The notes beneath the pieces are model-generated. The model did not search any database. It worked only from the letters and a program-made list of their open reading frames with translations, and had not been told where the DNA came from. Of a stretch of 64,000 nucleotides of DNA, positions 61,848 to 64,000 are shown one piece after another; positions within the stretch are counted from its first letter, which is position 1; each line of letters opens with the position of its first letter. The stretch comes from Ramazzottius varieornatus (Eukaryota; Animalia; Tardigrada), in assembly GCA_001949185.1 (NCBI GenBank), contig BDGG01000006.1, positions 726,827-790,826 on the forward strand, read 5' to 3'. The translations under genes were made by a program, and so were the position numbers.

Positions 61848-64000
61848 CTTCCTTTCCTGTGGAATTCCAGACCTAGTTCCAGCTGCAGCCAAACGCCACT
61901 TGCTGGTCCTAGAAGGACTTGAATTTTTCAGCGAACAGAAAATGTCTTCACATTATGAGCGATGCAACTACCGGACTGCAAATATACCTGAAGCTTTGAT
62001 CTTATGCAGCGTGCTAGATGATTTGCGATCGATATAACCAGGGTCGGTAGAGTACTGGTCGTACAGCTGTATAACACGGTAATGTCGGATTAGTGGAACC
62101 ACCATTTCAAACCTGATTGAAGAAGGCGGAAACACACCGACACGCCCATCAGAACTGATGACGTCACACTTTGCTAAACAAACAAATTACAAAACAAGAT
62201 CACAGTAACAGAGAAGAATAACACAACGAAGCATTGGTCAGCTGGAAGGCGTAACGCGGTAGATTCTCTCTTTAGGTTTTCTACGCTTTGTGACCTTGTT
62301 TACTTTGTGACCTTATACCCCATGATGCTTGCCATGAAGGCCGATCACTCACCTCAGCGAGGATAATCGGGAGAAAGGGGGACGAGAAGACAGGAAACGA
62401 ACGTCGAGCACCCGATGACAGGAAAGCAGGCAGCCTAACACTGGGCTTCATCGGCCAACCTAAAACATAGTCATTATGAGGGAAATCAAGGTAAACAAGG
62501 GGATACCAGGAGACGAGAAGAAGATCCAGAAATCGCACAAAGTCTGATGCAATGTCTGCGTCAGTTCACGCACACTCGGTGGCGTATGCATGTGCTTGTC
62601 GCGTCCCATTGTAAGTCAGCAGATTGGTCACGCACCACCCTACCATTACTGGGCGGCGACGTGCACGCGCCTGACCAATCGAAATCGTGTTTTTCCTTGT
62701 TGCGGCTAAGCTTGTGTGAAGTTTCCCATGAAGCTAAGGCCATTCAAAACCTTTCGAGCAATCAACCTGTACGACCAGTACTCTACCGACCCTGATATAA
62801 CGAGCATGTACAGGTGCAAGAGTCGGCATTTTTATCCTTTCTTCTTTTATTGACGCGTACGGTTCTAGAAAGAACCGGTTGTACACTGTAAGTCGGTTAC
62901 AGATATTGGACATTCTGACGTAGAATGATTTTTGACTACAAGTTTGAAAATTAAAAACAAACGGCACGTCGGTACTGCACGTTGTGCCAAGGACCATTGG
63001 GAGATGGTAGCCCTAAAAATCTTTTGACTTCACTAACTTGCTCACTAAATGTTGCACGAATGCATACGCGGGAATACGTCGAGCAGCTACTTCGTTACTG
63101 TAGTTCTACCGTTTACACGTCTCAAGACCCAAGAAGACTTCAGTCAGACATTTTTCCCGGTTTTTCTTCGCCTAAACCCAGGCGTTTGCGGTTCAACATT
63201 GACGACACGAGTCCATCCAATTATGTAAATAACAAGATCTGGAATCCCAGTGGAACATATGGTCAGTCCGCAAATGATGCGCCCTAAAGCTGGATAAGTG
63301 TTACGTCAATATCTCTCGCATGACTTGCCGTCGACAATAAAGCTCGTTTATCAATGGGTCGCTGTATGACTCGGTCAGTTCCCGGTATAGTGATCTATAC
63401 GACTCGTGAGCCAAATAAATCAGGAGGGCATGCTGAGTATTTTATGACGACCCTGAAAACATTTTGCTGACAGAGATCGCAAAGAGGGAAAAGCCTGTGC
63501 GTGCGCATAGCAGGCTGGTGCTCGCCCGCCCGGAAAGAATCTTCGTGTGGTCCTTGAACTGCTGTCGGTAGCACATATCCAGCCGACAGTTTGTCTTGTT
63601 TGTTATTTCGGTCGGCCAAAGGACTGTGTCAGCCAGTTTTCCTTAGGTCAATGTAAACTCATGGCGACGGGACCAGGCACTTTTCTTGATCCAGTAATCT
63701 GGCTTAACACAGATTTGCTCGTCGAGTCTTCTCCGGTCGGGACGTGCAGCGAAGTTTCTGCCAATGGTGTCAATACCTAACTGTATAACTTTATCATGAA
63801 AATCATTTTGGTCTTTCAAGAGTGATGAATCTATGGAAGTTCAATGCCGGGTACATATCTTATCCAGCAGGAAGTTCAATTTCAAACAACCAGTGCGCCG
63901 TGCCCACCACAACTTGCGCTGCACGTCACAGGGATATTCGTTGGTTTGTATGGGCTGATCTCCTCTGCTGTTGACGTCACTGCGGTGGAGCTTGGCCCAC

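Noticed and set aside
62000-64000. Short ORFs at the window end
   Set aside because: No recognisable domains, RNA genes or terminal repeats.

Overview
Eukaryotic, intron-containing DNA from a compact invertebrate genome. Short GT-AG introns, tightly packed genes and a natriuretic-receptor-type ectodomain gene are compatible with a tardigrade, but that is inference. Layout: (1) about 2-17 kb is a nest of dead DNA transposons. An EnSpm/CACTA-type element (transposase, a divergent BEN-like gene and a chromodomain gene) carries a 5.5-kb Mutator-like element with clear TIRs and a 9-bp TSD. Both elements encode a chromodomain followed by a similar RFX-like winged-helix segment. (2) 17.5-22 kb holds a spliced GH19 + 4xLysM gene (horizontal-transfer candidate) and a cyclase-less natriuretic-receptor-like membrane protein. 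(3) 25.5-28.4 kb is a decayed RLE-type (CRE-like) non-LTR retrotransposon. (4) 28.8-42.5 kb has conserved genes: COQ3, an IGFBP7/KAZALD1-like gene, ALKBH1 and osa/ARID1. (5) 43-60.5 kb is a tandem array of five highly diverged genes and pseudogenes. Each encodes an eIF4G-like MIF4G domain with altered signature motifs, fused to an unrecognised ~115-aa C-terminal helical domain; this is the best candidate for an undescribed system. (6) A DHRS11-like SDR follows. Many hAT-type (8-bp TSD) and TA-flanked MITEs occur, plus a palindromic GTGCGCCACTT repeat concentrated in introns. All family assignments come from motif recognition by eye; no searches were run.
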